Source: Dehalococcoidia bacterium
Lineage (GTDB): Bacteria; Chloroflexota; Dehalococcoidia; GIF9; AB-539-J10
DNA length: 64,000 nucleotides
Direction of reading: 5' to 3'
Assembly: GCA_030610855.1 (NCBI GenBank)
Contig: JAUWQY010000002.1
Coordinates: forward strand, 24,082-88,081
Part shown: positions 1 to 10,119 of the stretch, in pieces
Layout of the letters: every line of letters begins with the position of its first letter
Position numbering within the stretch: the stretch's first letter is position 1
Translations under genes and position numbers: made by a program
The notes under the pieces: generated by a model
What the model saw: the letters and a program-made list of their open reading frames with translations, nothing else
Told to the model about the DNA's origin: nothing
Database searches by the model: none

Positions 1-16
1 CGTTATAGGACGCCCG

Positions 17-436
17 TTACTCCAATAGTCGCTCGATAATCTCTGCCGCATCTGTAACAAGCTTTGGACAAACGTTCCTTGCAGTCTTCATTCCTTCAGG
101 AGTACCTATGTCACCACCAATTAACTCCCTGCATATGATGGATCCATTGCGAGGCTCGAACTCCGCAACGAATTCCCTGACCAGGGTATAAGCCTTCTCT
201 CTTGTTTGATTATCTTCGGCTTTCGTTTTCCCATATTTGAGCCCTATCACCATGAACGCACCGGTTACTGCTCCACAAGTTCCACCCATCCGCCCCATTC
301 CGCCTCCGAAGGCTCCAGAGACCTTTAAGGCTATCTCGCGATCCAGACCGGATTCAGTGCCGTAGGCAGAGAGCACCGCCTGAGAACAACTGAAGCCTTC
401 CTTCAAACAAGAAACGGCCTCCTCGACTCTGCGCAT
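17..436 (-). CDS. C_GCAxxG_C_C family putative redox-active protein
   Basis: 139 aa; C-x-GCAxxG-like motifs (CSQAVL..., GGTCGAVTGA); last gene of the minus-strand operon. Confidence 0.65.
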   Translation of the reverse strand: MRRVEEAVSCLKEGFSCSQAVLSAYGTESGLDREIALKVSGAFGGGMGRMGGTCGAVTGAFMVIGLKYGKTKAEDNQTREKAYTLVREFVAEFEPRNGSIICRELIGGDIGTPEGMKTARNVCPKLVTDAAEIIERLLE

Positions 437-478
437 AGCAAAACCACCAGTTCCTGAGCCAGTATCATATGACGCTCA

Positions 479-1405
479 TCATAATCCCATTATCTTGATT
501 AGTTCCAGCACTGCATTTGCTGATTTCTTCAATGCCGCATCTTCCTCAGGAGTCAATTTGATCTCTATTATCTGCTCAATGCCGTTTCTGCCCAATTTCA
601 CAGGAACCCCTACAACAACCCCTTTGATGCCGTACTCCCCCTCTAGATAGGCAGCGCACGGCAATATCTCCTTCTTGTCGAGGATTATGGCATCCACCAT
701 TTGAGCTGTGGCAGCCGCCGGAGCATAGAAAGCGCTGCCGGTTTTGAGCAAGCTCACTATTTCACCTCCGCCCTTAACTGTGCGCTCCACCAGACCATCG
801 ATCTTACCTTCAGACAGGAGTGCACTAATGGGAATACCTCCGACTGTACAAAGTCTGGTGACTGGCACCATGGCATCACCATGTCCACCCAAAACGCAGG
901 TGGATACGTTCTTCACTGAGACACCAAGCTCTTGCGCGATGAAGGTTCGAAACCTGGCGCTGTCGAGGATGCCTGATTGCCCAAGTACCCTATTCCGGGG
1001 GAACTTGCTTATATGGAGAGCCAACTGGGTCATTGCGTCCAAAGGATTAGCCACCACGATGATTATGCAGTTAGGTGAATACCGGACAACTCTCTCGGTT
1101 ACTTCCCGAACGATTTTCATGTTGGTGAGCACCAGATCGTCCCGGCTCATTCCCGGTTTACGTGGTACACCCGATGTGATGACCACTATATCTGAATTGA
1201 CGGTTTCTTTGTATTCATTAGTTCCGGTGATCTTGACGTCCGAATCGATTATGGGGGTGGCTTCCAGCATGTCGAGCCCTTTGCCCTGAGGAAGCCCTTC
1301 GATTATGTCTAGCAACACAATGTCCGCATAGCCCTTTTCCGCAATCCTGAAGGCACAAGTTGCCCCGACATTTCCGGCACCGATTATGGAGACTTTGCTT
1401 CGCAC
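479..1405 (-). CDS. mdh: malate dehydrogenase (LDH-like MDH family)
   Basis: 308 aa; N-terminal Rossmann motif IIGAGNVGA; conserved LDH/MDH family blocks ([22 protein letters not shown]). Confidence 0.9.
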   Translation of the reverse strand: MRSKVSIIGAGNVGATCAFRIAEKGYADIVLLDIIEGLPQGKGLDMLEATPIIDSDVKITGTNEYKETVNSDIVVITSGVPRKPGMSRDDLVLTNMKIVREVTERVVRYSPNCIIIVVANPLDAMTQLALHISKFPRNRVLGQSGILDSARFRTFIAQELGVSVKNVSTCVLGGHGDAMVPVTRLCTVGGIPISALLSEGKIDGLVERTVKGGGEIVSLLKTGSAFYAPAAATAQMVDAIILDKKEILPCAAYLEGEYGIKGVVVGVPVKLGRNGIEQIIEIKLTPEEDAALKKSANAVLELIKIMGL

Positions 1406-1461
1406 TACACTTACCTCCCTGTTGATTCCTTTATCTTGCCCCTCTAAGCACTACGAGAGGT

Positions 1462-3450
1462 TCAAGCAATAACAGCTAAGACGTCATTCGTGCGCACCGA
1501 AGCCCCGGGCCCAAAGTTGATTGCCTTAACCACTCCGTTGACGGGGGCAGGAACATTGTTTTGCATCTTCATTGCCTCCAGTATAAGCAGTGGATCGCCA
1601 GCCTTTATCTCATCGCCGACTTTAGCCAAGTAGCGGATGATCATACCTGGCATAGGCGCAAGTACCTTCGTTCCTTCAGCAACCGGAGTCAGTGGCGACT
1701 TCTTTTCCGGGGCCTTCTCAGGTGCTTGTATATTGGCAGACGGGGTAGGTGGGGGAGCAACGACACTTGATCGTGGAGAAGAGGCAATGGTTGGCGACTC
1801 CCCCACAGCTTCCACGTCCACTTCATAGTACTCACCTTCAATGAAAACACTGAATGTCCTCGCACCAGGCCCCTTTTCAGGGACTACTTTCTCAGATTTC
1901 TCCACCAGCTTGCCGGCTTTAGCCTTAGCGATAAGCTCATCCTCTTTCTTCACCTGTTCCAGAGTTTTCGGAGCGCGAGGAGGCTGCCAATCATCAGGAG
2001 TAGTTTTGTCTATGCCGTATTTGTACTTCAAGAAACGTGCCCCAGTGGTGGGGAACAGAGCGTAGGTAAGCACATCCCGAATATCCCTGGCAAATTCCTT
2101 GGACTCTTCCTTGGCTTTCTCCAGTTCAGGCTCCAGCATATCAGCAGCTCGCCCCTTGATCGGCTCTTCACCCCTTTCGTAACCCTTGAGCACCATCTTC
2201 TGGATATTCTCATCAATCGGCGCCGGCGGCCGACCATAGAGCCCGTAGCAGTAATCCTTGGTCTCCCGTGTCATCATCTTGTAGCGCCCTGTCAGAACAT
2301 TCTGCACCGCCTGGACACCGACAATCTGGCTCGTAGGCGTGACCAAAGGTGGATAACCGAGTTCCGCCCTTGTCTTAGCAGTTTCTGCTCTCACCTCATC
2401 CAGTCTGTCCAAAGCATTGGCCTGCTTTAGTTGGGCTAGCAGCGTCGTAGTCATACCACCTGGAATCTGATGCACTAGCACTCCGGTATCGATGACCGAC
2501 ATAGACGATGTATCGAGGAAATCCCTATACTTGGGGGCAATCTTCTCAACCATCTGCCCGCACTTGAGCAGTTGTTCGATGTCCAGCCCCGTATCTCTAT
2601 CCGTTCCGTAAAGCGCGACTACTAGAGGTTCGATGGGTGGTTGCGACGAACGCAATGCAAAGGGAGACAAAGCAGTATCAACGATGTCAACTCCGGCCTC
2701 GATGGCCTTCAGCACAGACATGGAAGCCTGCCCACTGGTGTAGTGGGTGTGAAGTTCAACAGGAACCTTCAAGCTCTCCTTAAGGGCCTTGATCAGTTCA
2801 TAGGCATCATAGGGCGAGATAAGCCCGGCCTGGTCCTTAATACAAATGGAGTCGGCGCCCATATCCTGAAAGATGAGGGCTTTCTTAATGTAGTATTCCA
2901 GATTGTAGACCGGTCCGCCCATTCTTGGCTGCGTAAGCGAGTAACATATGGCCGCCTGGTAGTGTCTGCCGGCCTTCTTAATCGCCCTGGCCGCGCGTTT
3001 GTGATTACGTTCATCATTCACAGCATCGAAAACGCGGAAGATATCAATGCCGACCTCAACAGCTTGTTTCACAAAGGCATCGACCAAATCGTCAGGATGG
3101 TTTCGATAGGCGACCAAATTCTGTCCCCGCAAAAGCATCTGTAGTGGCGTGTCGGGCATGAGCTTCTTCAATTTGCGAGGTCTATCCCAGGGGTCCTCGC
3201 CCAGAAAACGATGGGGTACATCAAATGTCGCGCCACCCCAGACCTCCATCGAATAGAAGCCACATTTATTCATCTCAGGGGCCATCCGCTCCATATCCTC
3301 AGTTAGCATCCTTGTAGCCAATGTGGATTGATGGCCATCACGAAAGGTGGTGTCACATATCTTCACAGGGTTCTTGCCTTTCGGCCTAGCCTTCACCTTG
3401 TCAGTGGTCAAATCTTTGGCCGATATCCTGCCTTTTCCTACTCCATTCAT
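1462..3450 (-). CDS. pyruvate carboxyltransferase (5S-type) fused to a C-terminal biotinyl carrier domain (pyruvate carboxylase subunit B / oxaloacetate decarboxylase alpha-like)
   Basis: 662 aa; HMGL-like carboxyltransferase N-terminus (KICDTTFRDGHQS); Ala/Pro-rich linker; C-terminal biotin attachment motif EAMKMQN; AGGAGGT Shine-Dalgarno 8 nt upstream of the ATG at 3450. Confidence 0.85.
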   Translation of the reverse strand: MNGVGKGRISAKDLTTDKVKARPKGKNPVKICDTTFRDGHQSTLATRMLTEDMERMAPEMNKCGFYSMEVWGGATFDVPHRFLGEDPWDRPRKLKKLMPDTPLQMLLRGQNLVAYRNHPDDLVDAFVKQAVEVGIDIFRVFDAVNDERNHKRAARAIKKAGRHYQAAICYSLTQPRMGGPVYNLEYYIKKALIFQDMGADSICIKDQAGLISPYDAYELIKALKESLKVPVELHTHYTSGQASMSVLKAIEAGVDIVDTALSPFALRSSQPPIEPLVVALYGTDRDTGLDIEQLLKCGQMVEKIAPKYRDFLDTSSMSVIDTGVLVHQIPGGMTTTLLAQLKQANALDRLDEVRAETAKTRAELGYPPLVTPTSQIVGVQAVQNVLTGRYKMMTRETKDYCYGLYGRPPAPIDENIQKMVLKGYERGEEPIKGRAADMLEPELEKAKEESKEFARDIRDVLTYALFPTTGARFLKYKYGIDKTTPDDWQPPRAPKTLEQVKKEDELIAKAKAGKLVEKSEKVVPEKGPGARTFSVFIEGEYYEVDVEAVGESPTIASSPRSSVVAPPPTPSANIQAPEKAPEKKSPLTPVAEGTKVLAPMPGMIIRYLAKVGDEIKAGDPLLILEAMKMQNNVPAPVNGVVKAINFGPGASVRTNDVLAVIA

Positions 3451-3588
3451 AGATTACCTCCTTTCGTTGATGCTGAGCCCTGTGGCCAATCACTATGAGC
3501 GCAGAGAAGAGTCTTCACCTTTGACCAGCATCTTCTTCTTCACCTCGTTCACGATCACAGCTTAAGCCTAGGTTACAGCTAGATACCA

Positions 3589-3825
3589 TCATCTGGGAAC
3601 AATTCTCCGCTGCCACAGCATACGCATTCGCATTATCTCCTCGCGCCCGGAACTACGCCACACGCTTGAGGCCTCTGCCGGCCTTCGCTGAAACATTGCC
3701 GGCCTCAGAGCCTTTTCTTCCTCTTCTAAGTATGCAGCCACCGCAGCGGTGATGGCAGCTACTGTTCCTTTCTTGCTTTTCAACTGCTCCCTTGCCTGAA
3801 CCTCCTTACACAGGAATGTTTCCAT
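3589..3825 (-). CDS. small hypothetical protein between the 12S and 5S carboxyltransferase genes (possible accessory subunit)
   Basis: ORF overlaps the stop codon of the upstream 12S gene (translational coupling). Ala-rich segment AAITAAVAAYLEEEE followed by a basic tail. No biotin motif. Start ambiguous: ATG at 3825 or an internal TTG. Confidence 0.3.
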   Translation of the reverse strand: METFLCKEVQAREQLKSKKGTVAAITAAVAAYLEEEEKALRPAMFQRRPAEASSVWRSSGREEIMRMRMLWQRRIVPR

Positions 3826-5359
3826 GCTTCTTTGGGGGTCTGGTTTCTCGTTTGGTAGAGAGAAGCTCAAAGGCACTGATTATCCTAGGGCGGCTCTCCC
3901 GGGGCAGAATGACCTCGTCAACGTATCCCCGCGAGGCAGCAATATAGGGATTGTACAGGACATCACGATATTCCTGCATCTTCTCCTTCTCTTTTGCCTT
4001 GGGATCCGACGCAACCTCTATTTCCTTGCGGAAGATGACTGGCGTCGCACCTTCAGCACCCATCACTGCGATTTCCGCTGTGGGCCAGGCGAAAACAAAA
4101 TCAGCGCCCAGGTCTTTGCCGCACATGGCAAGATATGAGCCTCCATAGTCCTTGCGGATGATCAGGGTGATCTTAGGAACTGTAGCTTCAGAATAGCACC
4201 AGAGAACCTTGGCACCATGCCTTATTATGCCTGACCATTCCTGGTCAGCCCCCGGCAAATAGCCCGGGACATCGGCAATTGTGAGTAGAGGGGTGTTGAA
4301 CGCATCGCAAAACCTGATGAACCTGGCTATTTTGTCTGAGGCATTGACATCAAGACAACCGGCGAGATGCATTGGCTGATTAGCGATAATGCCCACTGTT
4401 TTGCCAGCAAGCCTGGCAAAACAAACGATGGCATTTCGAGCATAATCAAGATGAGGCTCAAGTATCTCACCATTATCAACAATTGATTGGATGACAGCCC
4501 TCACATCATAGACCTGACTGGGCTCGTCTGGTATTATGCCGTCAAGGGCCGGGTCAACACGGTTCGGGTCATCGGCAGTCTCAATGGAAGGGGGGTCCTC
4601 CATGTTATTCGAGGGGAGATAGCTCAGGAGTTTCTTAATGAGTTCGATGGCCTGGCCATCACTATCGCACGGGAAATGGCATACGCCGCTCTTGGTGGCG
4701 TGACTCATGGCACCGCCCAGCTCCTCAGAGGTGATCTCCTCCCCTGTAACCTGTTTGATGACAGCCGGGCCTGTAATGTGCATGTAGCTTGTTCCCTTCG
4801 TCATGAATACCCAATCGGTCATGGCAGGCGAATAGACTGCCCCACCAGCCGTAGGCCCCACAATCGCGGAGAGCTGAGGAATAACCCCTGAAGCCGCTGA
4901 ATTTCGGAAGAATATCTGCCCGTAGCCTGAAAGGGCATCAACACCCTCCTGAATCCGGGCTCCGCCGGAATCATTGAAGCCTATTATGGGAATACCACAC
5001 TTCATGGCTAAATCCATCACCTTGCATATCTTCTTAGCGTGCATCTCACCCAGTGTCCCCCCCATGGAGGTGAAGTCCTGGGAAAAGGCACACACTGGGC
5101 GACCACCTACGGTCCCATGTCCGGTGATGACTCCCTCTGCAGGAACCTCAACCTTGTCCATGCCGAAGGAAGTAGCTCGATGCCGAACAAACAAATCAAG
5201 CTCGTGAAAGCTGCCAGGGTCAAAAAACAGGTCGAGTCTTTCACGAGCAGTTAATTTCCCCGATTTGTGCTGTTTCCCCACCCGTTCCGCACCTCCCATG
5301 GCCTTTTCTTTGTTTTCCTTCTCTTTCAGTTCTCTCGATCTCTGAGCAACCGTGTCCAT
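3806..5359 (-). CDS. acyl-CoA carboxylase carboxyltransferase subunit (methylmalonyl-CoA carboxyltransferase 12S / propionyl-CoA carboxylase beta-like)
   Basis: 517 aa; carboxyltransferase family signature along the full length (N- and C-domains of the PccB/12S type). Confidence 0.9.
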   Translation of the reverse strand: MDTVAQRSRELKEKENKEKAMGGAERVGKQHKSGKLTARERLDLFFDPGSFHELDLFVRHRATSFGMDKVEVPAEGVITGHGTVGGRPVCAFSQDFTSMGGTLGEMHAKKICKVMDLAMKCGIPIIGFNDSGGARIQEGVDALSGYGQIFFRNSAASGVIPQLSAIVGPTAGGAVYSPAMTDWVFMTKGTSYMHITGPAVIKQVTGEEITSEELGGAMSHATKSGVCHFPCDSDGQAIELIKKLLSYLPSNNMEDPPSIETADDPNRVDPALDGIIPDEPSQVYDVRAVIQSIVDNGEILEPHLDYARNAIVCFARLAGKTVGIIANQPMHLAGCLDVNASDKIARFIRFCDAFNTPLLTIADVPGYLPGADQEWSGIIRHGAKVLWCYSEATVPKITLIIRKDYGGSYLAMCGKDLGADFVFAWPTAEIAVMGAEGATPVIFRKEIEVASDPKAKEKEKMQEYRDVLYNPYIAASRGYVDEVILPRESRPRIISAFELLSTKRETRPPKKHGNIPV

Positions 5360-5744
5360 CCAAATCTCTCCTTACTGGCTGAGTTCGCAACAAACCAGAA
5401 TATCTTAGCTCGGATTTGCAACTAAAGCAACCGCTTGAGCCAGAAGGCTGCCACCAGGACTCGCCAATTCTATCCCGCCTGAGTCGGTTGAAATCGCCTG
5501 TGGTTCTTGTCCACCTGATGGCGCCTCGATTCCTCGGGAATTGACAGCCTTATCCACGGGTATGACCAGCGTCTTCTTCCATTAGCGCTTGGCTCCTGGG
5601 CTCACAGTTACGGGTGCGGCGGGCGTTACGGGCAATTGTGCTACTATGCTCCATGATTGTAGCTTAAGCTTGGTTTCGGGCATGATGCCTATCCTTAACC
5701 TGGCTGCAGAGCGAACCTGAACTCAGACCCAAGAGCTTGACAGC

Positions 5745-6443
5745 TTGGTTCAGAATGATAAGATGGAGGGAGATTTGAAACCACAACTGATTGCGATAGA
5801 CGGTCCTGTGGCAGTCGGCAAGAGCACTGTAGGCTCAATGCTAGCAAGAAGACTGGGCTATGTTTTCTTCGATACAGGTATGATATATCGAGCGTTTACC
5901 TGGAAGGTTCTCAAATCGGGTGTTCCTCCGAGAGACGAAGAGAAGATATGTCAGTTGGCAAACACGACCAAATTTGAGTTTGTCGCCGTACAGGAATGGC
6001 TTCTCTCACCCCTCATTGATGGCGAAGATGTCTCCTCCAAGCTGCTCTGCCCTGAAGTAGAAGAACAGGTTCCCCTGACATCGAAGATAGCCGGAGTACG
6101 CCAAGCACTGGTATTGGAACAACGCAGATTGGCCAGGCGAGGAAAGGTGGTCATGGCAGGAAGGGACATTAGCACAGTTGTCCTGCCCTGGGCAGAACTG
6201 AAGATCTTCCTCACGGCTTCCACCGAAGAAAGGGCCAAGCGCCGTTACAGGGAACTATTGGCGCGAGGGGTGAATGCGAATCTGGAAACCGTAATCGGCG
6301 ACCTGAAGAGACGAGATGAGATGGATATCCGTAGAGCCATCTCGCCACTTAAACCCGCTGAGGACGCCATAATAATCAATACAGAGGGACTTAGCCTAGA
6401 GCAAGTCGTGGACAAGATTTACGCTCTGGCGGCAGATCTATGA
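5745..6443 (+). CDS. cmk: cytidylate kinase
   Basis: 232 aa; P-loop IAIDGPVAVGKST; Cmk-like organisation; overlaps the next gene by 4 nt. Confidence 0.9.
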   Translation: MVQNDKMEGDLKPQLIAIDGPVAVGKSTVGSMLARRLGYVFFDTGMIYRAFTWKVLKSGVPPRDEEKICQLANTTKFEFVAVQEWLLSPLIDGEDVSSKLLCPEVEEQVPLTSKIAGVRQALVLEQRRLARRGKVVMAGRDISTVVLPWAELKIFLTASTEERAKRRYRELLARGVNANLETVIGDLKRRDEMDIRRAISPLKPAEDAIIINTEGLSLEQVVDKIYALAADL

Positions 6444-7090
6444 CCTTCTCTCAGAAGCTTCTCTTGACGGTATTCAGGCCTTTGCTCAATACCCTCTTCT
6501 GCTGGGAAGTGGTAGGAAGAGAAAATGTGCCCTTGACTGGTTCACTCATACTGGCAGCCAACCATGTGCACGTCCTTGATCCCGTCTTTCTAGCGTTTGG
6601 CTTTCCACGCTGGATTAACTTCATGGCAAAGGAAGAACTCTTTCGATCTCCCTTTTTGAGACCCTATCTTCGCTGGGCCGGATCTTTCTCCATACGTCGT
6701 GGAGGGAAAATCAGGGAGAAACAAGAGGTGCTTAAGAACGCCGCCGATGCACTGGAAAGAGGATCAATGCTCGGAGTGTTCCCGGAGGGTAGCCGAAGCC
6801 GCGACGGAAGACTTAGAAAGGCCAAGCCAGGCTGCGCAGTCATAGCTTCACAAACAGGTGTCCCGGTTCTTCCCGTCGGCGTCGTCGGCACAGACAGGAT
6901 TAAGGGCATAAACTGGCTATGGAAGCGCCCCGGCATAGTTGTCAACATCGGCAAACCTTTCACGCTCCCTCCGACTCATGGCAAGGCAGGCAAATCGCAA
7001 AGGCAATTGTTGACCACACGAATAATGACGGAAATCGCCGCCCTTCTGCCGCCAGAATATCAAGGCGCATACAGAGAACATGAAGATTGA
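6440..7090 (+). CDS. plsC: 1-acyl-sn-glycerol-3-phosphate acyltransferase
   Basis: 216 aa; acyltransferase HX4D motif (NHVHVLD) and FPEGSRS motif; cmk-plsC linkage is common. Confidence 0.85.
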   Translation: MTFSQKLLLTVFRPLLNTLFCWEVVGRENVPLTGSLILAANHVHVLDPVFLAFGFPRWINFMAKEELFRSPFLRPYLRWAGSFSIRRGGKIREKQEVLKNAADALERGSMLGVFPEGSRSRDGRLRKAKPGCAVIASQTGVPVLPVGVVGTDRIKGINWLWKRPGIVVNIGKPFTLPPTHGKAGKSQRQLLTTRIMTEIAALLPPEYQGAYREHED

Positions 7091-7922
7091 GAAAGCTGAA
7101 AAACTGGGCCTGTGCTTCGGCGTCAGGCGAGCCATCAAGCTGCTGAAAGAGGCGGTTGATAAGTATGGAGAGATAGAAACCCTTGGGCCTCTGGCACACA
7201 ACCGCCTGCTCGTGGAAGCACTGGCCGATCTAGGAGTGAAGCCCATAAAGCATCTCGACGGAGCTCAAGGCAGATTCCTGGCTATCACAACTCATGGTGT
7301 AAGCCCACTGGTATTGTCTGAGATCATGGCTCGTCATATTCATATCATTGACACCACCTGCCCGATAGTTCGCAAAGCGCAGGACACCGCCAGGGAACTA
7401 GCCGAGGCCGGTTTTGAAGTCATCATCTTTGGGGAAGCACAGCACTCCGAGGTGAAAGGATTGCTAGGCTGTACAGGACAAAAAGGTATAGCCGCTCTCA
7501 ACATGAAGCAGATAGATAGCTGGGGAAAATCACCATCGCGCCTGGGTATCATCTCCCAGACAACCCAGACGCGAACTGCCTTTATCGAATTTGTGGGGCA
7601 GCTTGTGGATATGGTTGGTCCTGAGATCAAGGAAATGCGCCTTGTCAACACTTTATGTCAAGTAACACAGGCACAACAGGAGGCTGCCATGAGACTAGCT
7701 CGCAGAAGTCAGATAATGGTAGTGATAGGCAGTGGCAACAGTGCCAATGCCAGGCATCTTGTCGATATATGCTCATCTCTCGTGGAAACTCACCTGGTAG
7801 AAACGGCAGACGAGGTTGATGAATCCTGGTTCGCGGGCAAGCATCACGTTGGCATCACCGCAGGAGCCTCCACCCCAGATGAAGCTGTGGAGGAGTTGAT
7901 AGCCAAGTTGAGGTCCTTATGA
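7080..7922 (+). CDS. ispH: 4-hydroxy-3-methylbut-2-enyl diphosphate reductase
   Basis: 280 aa; LytB/IspH family N-terminus (KIEKAEKLGLCFGVRRAI) and conserved Cys-containing blocks. Confidence 0.9.
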   Translation: MKIEKAEKLGLCFGVRRAIKLLKEAVDKYGEIETLGPLAHNRLLVEALADLGVKPIKHLDGAQGRFLAITTHGVSPLVLSEIMARHIHIIDTTCPIVRKAQDTARELAEAGFEVIIFGEAQHSEVKGLLGCTGQKGIAALNMKQIDSWGKSPSRLGIISQTTQTRTAFIEFVGQLVDMVGPEIKEMRLVNTLCQVTQAQQEAAMRLARRSQIMVVIGSGNSANARHLVDICSSLVETHLVETADEVDESWFAGKHHVGITAGASTPDEAVEELIAKLRSL

Positions 7923-7925
7923 TCT

Positions 7926-8273
7926 TCAGCCAAGCCCACCACTCAGTTTCCTGCCGCCAATGAGGTGAAGATGAAGGTGAGGCACCTGCTGCCCCCCCTC
8001 AGAGCCGCAGTTTATGACCAAGCGATACCCCCTTTCCGCTATCCCCTCCTTCTCAGCCAAGTTTCTAGCTATGATTATTAGACGCCCGGCAAGCTCCTGC
8101 TGTCCTTCCATGAGCCGGGCAGCAGATGTTATGTGCGTTTTGGGAATAATCAGCACATGTGTGGGTGCCTGAGGGAAGATATCTCTGAAGGCCAGGAAAT
8201 CTTCATCTTGATAGACTATATCGCTAGGCGCTTCCCCGGCAGCAATCCGGCAGAAGATACATTCTTCAGGCAT
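7926..8273 (-). CDS. HIT family (histidine triad) nucleotide hydrolase
   Basis: 115 aa; N-terminal CIFCRI and C-terminal HLHLHLIGG histidine-triad motif. Confidence 0.85.
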   Translation of the reverse strand: MPEECIFCRIAAGEAPSDIVYQDEDFLAFRDIFPQAPTHVLIIPKTHITSAARLMEGQQELAGRLIIIARNLAEKEGIAERGYRLVINCGSEGGQQVPHLHLHLIGGRKLSGGLG

Positions 8274-8400
8274 AGTCCAGCTCCTTCGACAGATTAAACC
8301 TCCTTGTCATAAATCCTCAATCTCTTCCGAGTGTTTACACATTCCAAACCTAACATATCGCCTCCCGCATCGATTAACCGCTCATTATAGGCTATCCGGG

Positions 8401-8450
8401 TCGCCTTTTGCATTTTTCACCCGGATATGATAAATTCAGACAAAGGGATT
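8401..8450 (+). promoter_or_regulatory. putative sigma70-type promoter upstream of nusA
   Basis: TTGCAT ... TGATAAATT (extended -10-like) about 60-90 nt upstream of the nusA start. Confidence 0.3.
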
Positions 8451-8499
8451 CAACCTGAAGGTGGGGACTACCCACTTTTTTGTTAATAGGAAACAGAGG

Positions 8500-9849
8500 A
8501 TGAAAACTGAACTTAAGGCTGCGATTACTCAGCTTTCGGCTGAGAGGAACTTGCCCAGAGAGGTGGTCCTGGCTGCTTTGGAATCGGCGCTGGCCTCAGC
8601 ATACAAGAAGGATACAGCCGCTCCGGAACAAGATGTTCTGGTAAAAGTTGACCCTAACGCTGGCGAAATCGACTTCTATATTCAAAAGGTCGTCGTTGAG
8701 CCGGTTATCAATCCAAATCGCGAAATCTCCGTCGATGAGGCGCGAAAACTGCGGCCTACAGCACAGATAGGCGATGTAGTAAGCATAGAATTCACGCCCA
8801 GGAGTATTGGCCGTATTGCTGCTCAAGCGGCAAAGCAGGTCGTGCTCCAGAGGTTACGGGAGGCAGAGCAGCGCGTTGTTTATGAAGAGTTCACCAACAG
8901 AGAAGGAGAGGTTGTTGCCGGCGCGATTCAGTTCATCGAACCTAATCGAATCTATGTCAGACTGAATAGAACCGAAGCGATACTGCCTTCGAATGAACAG
9001 GTTCCTAATGAGCATTATCACAGAGGCCAGCGACTTAAGTTCTATCTTCTCGAGATAGTCCAGGGGGGCAAAGGGCCTCAGATAATAGTTTCGCGCTCTC
9101 ATCCGAACCTGATACGCCGGTTGTTTGAGCTCGAAATACCCGAAGTTCACAACGGGCTTGTGGAGTTAAAGGCCGTTGCCCGCGAGGCTGGACATCGGAC
9201 CAAAGTGGCGGTGGCTACTACTCAAGAAAACGTTGACCCCGTGGGTTGCTGTCTTGGTCCTCGGGGCATAAGGCTGCAGAGTATTATCAATGAACTACAT
9301 GGCGAGAAAATAGATGTAATCCAGTGGCATAGCGACCCGAGAGTGTTCATCTCTAACGCCCTCGGCCCGGCTCAGGTAGCAAGCACCAGAGTTGATGAAG
9401 AAAGAAAGGTGGCAACCGCGGTTGTCCCCGATAAGCAGCTGTCTCTAGCCATTGGCAAAGAGGGACAAAATGCCAGGTTAGCCGCAAAACTCACACGCTG
9501 GCGGCTCGATATCAAGAGCGTCTCCGCTATCGAGGCTGAAAAGGCCGTCGCACAAGAGCCAGAAGCGGCAGCCGAAGCCCTTCTCCCTGAAATCGTAGAA
9601 GAGGAGTCACCCGAAGCAGAGCCGGTTGAGGAGACCGGTGTGGAGGAACCGATCGAATTTGCCACCCTCTTCGAGGCTCCGCCTGAGACGCGTGAACAAA
9701 AACAGATTCGCTTTGCCGAAGAGGTCTTACGGAATACGTTGAAAGCAGAAAGGCCGGACAAGGCGAAAAGCGGCACCAAAGGTAAAGGAAGAGGAGCGAG
9801 ACATAAAGAGCAAACGGACGGTTTCTGGGTTGAAGAACTCGAGGAATAG
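8500..9849 (+). CDS. nusA: transcription termination/antitermination factor NusA
   Basis: N-terminus MKTELKAAITQLSAERNLPREVVLAALESALASAYKK matches the NusA N-terminal domain; S1 and KH regions present; acidic C-terminal tail. The ORF-track start at 8461 (GTG) is probably an upstream extension. Confidence 0.9.
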   Translation: MKTELKAAITQLSAERNLPREVVLAALESALASAYKKDTAAPEQDVLVKVDPNAGEIDFYIQKVVVEPVINPNREISVDEARKLRPTAQIGDVVSIEFTPRSIGRIAAQAAKQVVLQRLREAEQRVVYEEFTNREGEVVAGAIQFIEPNRIYVRLNRTEAILPSNEQVPNEHYHRGQRLKFYLLEIVQGGKGPQIIVSRSHPNLIRRLFELEIPEVHNGLVELKAVAREAGHRTKVAVATTQENVDPVGCCLGPRGIRLQSIINELHGEKIDVIQWHSDPRVFISNALGPAQVASTRVDEERKVATAVVPDKQLSLAIGKEGQNARLAAKLTRWRLDIKSVSAIEAEKAVAQEPEAAAEALLPEIVEEESPEAEPVEETGVEEPIEFATLFEAPPETREQKQIRFAEEVLRNTLKAERPDKAKSGTKGKGRGARHKEQTDGFWVEELEE

Positions 9850-10117
9850 GCATCTGCCTCAGCGTACTTGCATAGCTTGCCGGCGGATCGACGAGAAGAA
9901 GGGCTTGATTCGCCTGGTACGCACCGGAGATGGAGTGGTCGAGGTAGACGTGTCTGGCAAGAAGGCGGGCAGGGGTGCTTACCTATGCCCCAGGAAAGCT
10001 TGTTGGGAAATGGCGCTGAAGAAGAATCGCCTGGAATATACTCTACGCACGAAAATCTGCGAGGAGAATCGCCAAATCCTGGGTGAGTATAGCCATAAGT
10101 CGCTGGAGGAAAGCTAG
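9830..10117 (+). CDS. ylxR: YlxR-like (DUF448) RNA-binding protein
   Basis: 95 aa; RTCIACRR ... GRGAYLCP motif typical of YlxR; canonical position between nusA and infB. Confidence 0.75.
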   Translation: MKNSRNRHLPQRTCIACRRIDEKKGLIRLVRTGDGVVEVDVSGKKAGRGAYLCPRKACWEMALKKNRLEYTLRTKICEENRQILGEYSHKSLEES

Positions 10118-10119
10118 AT

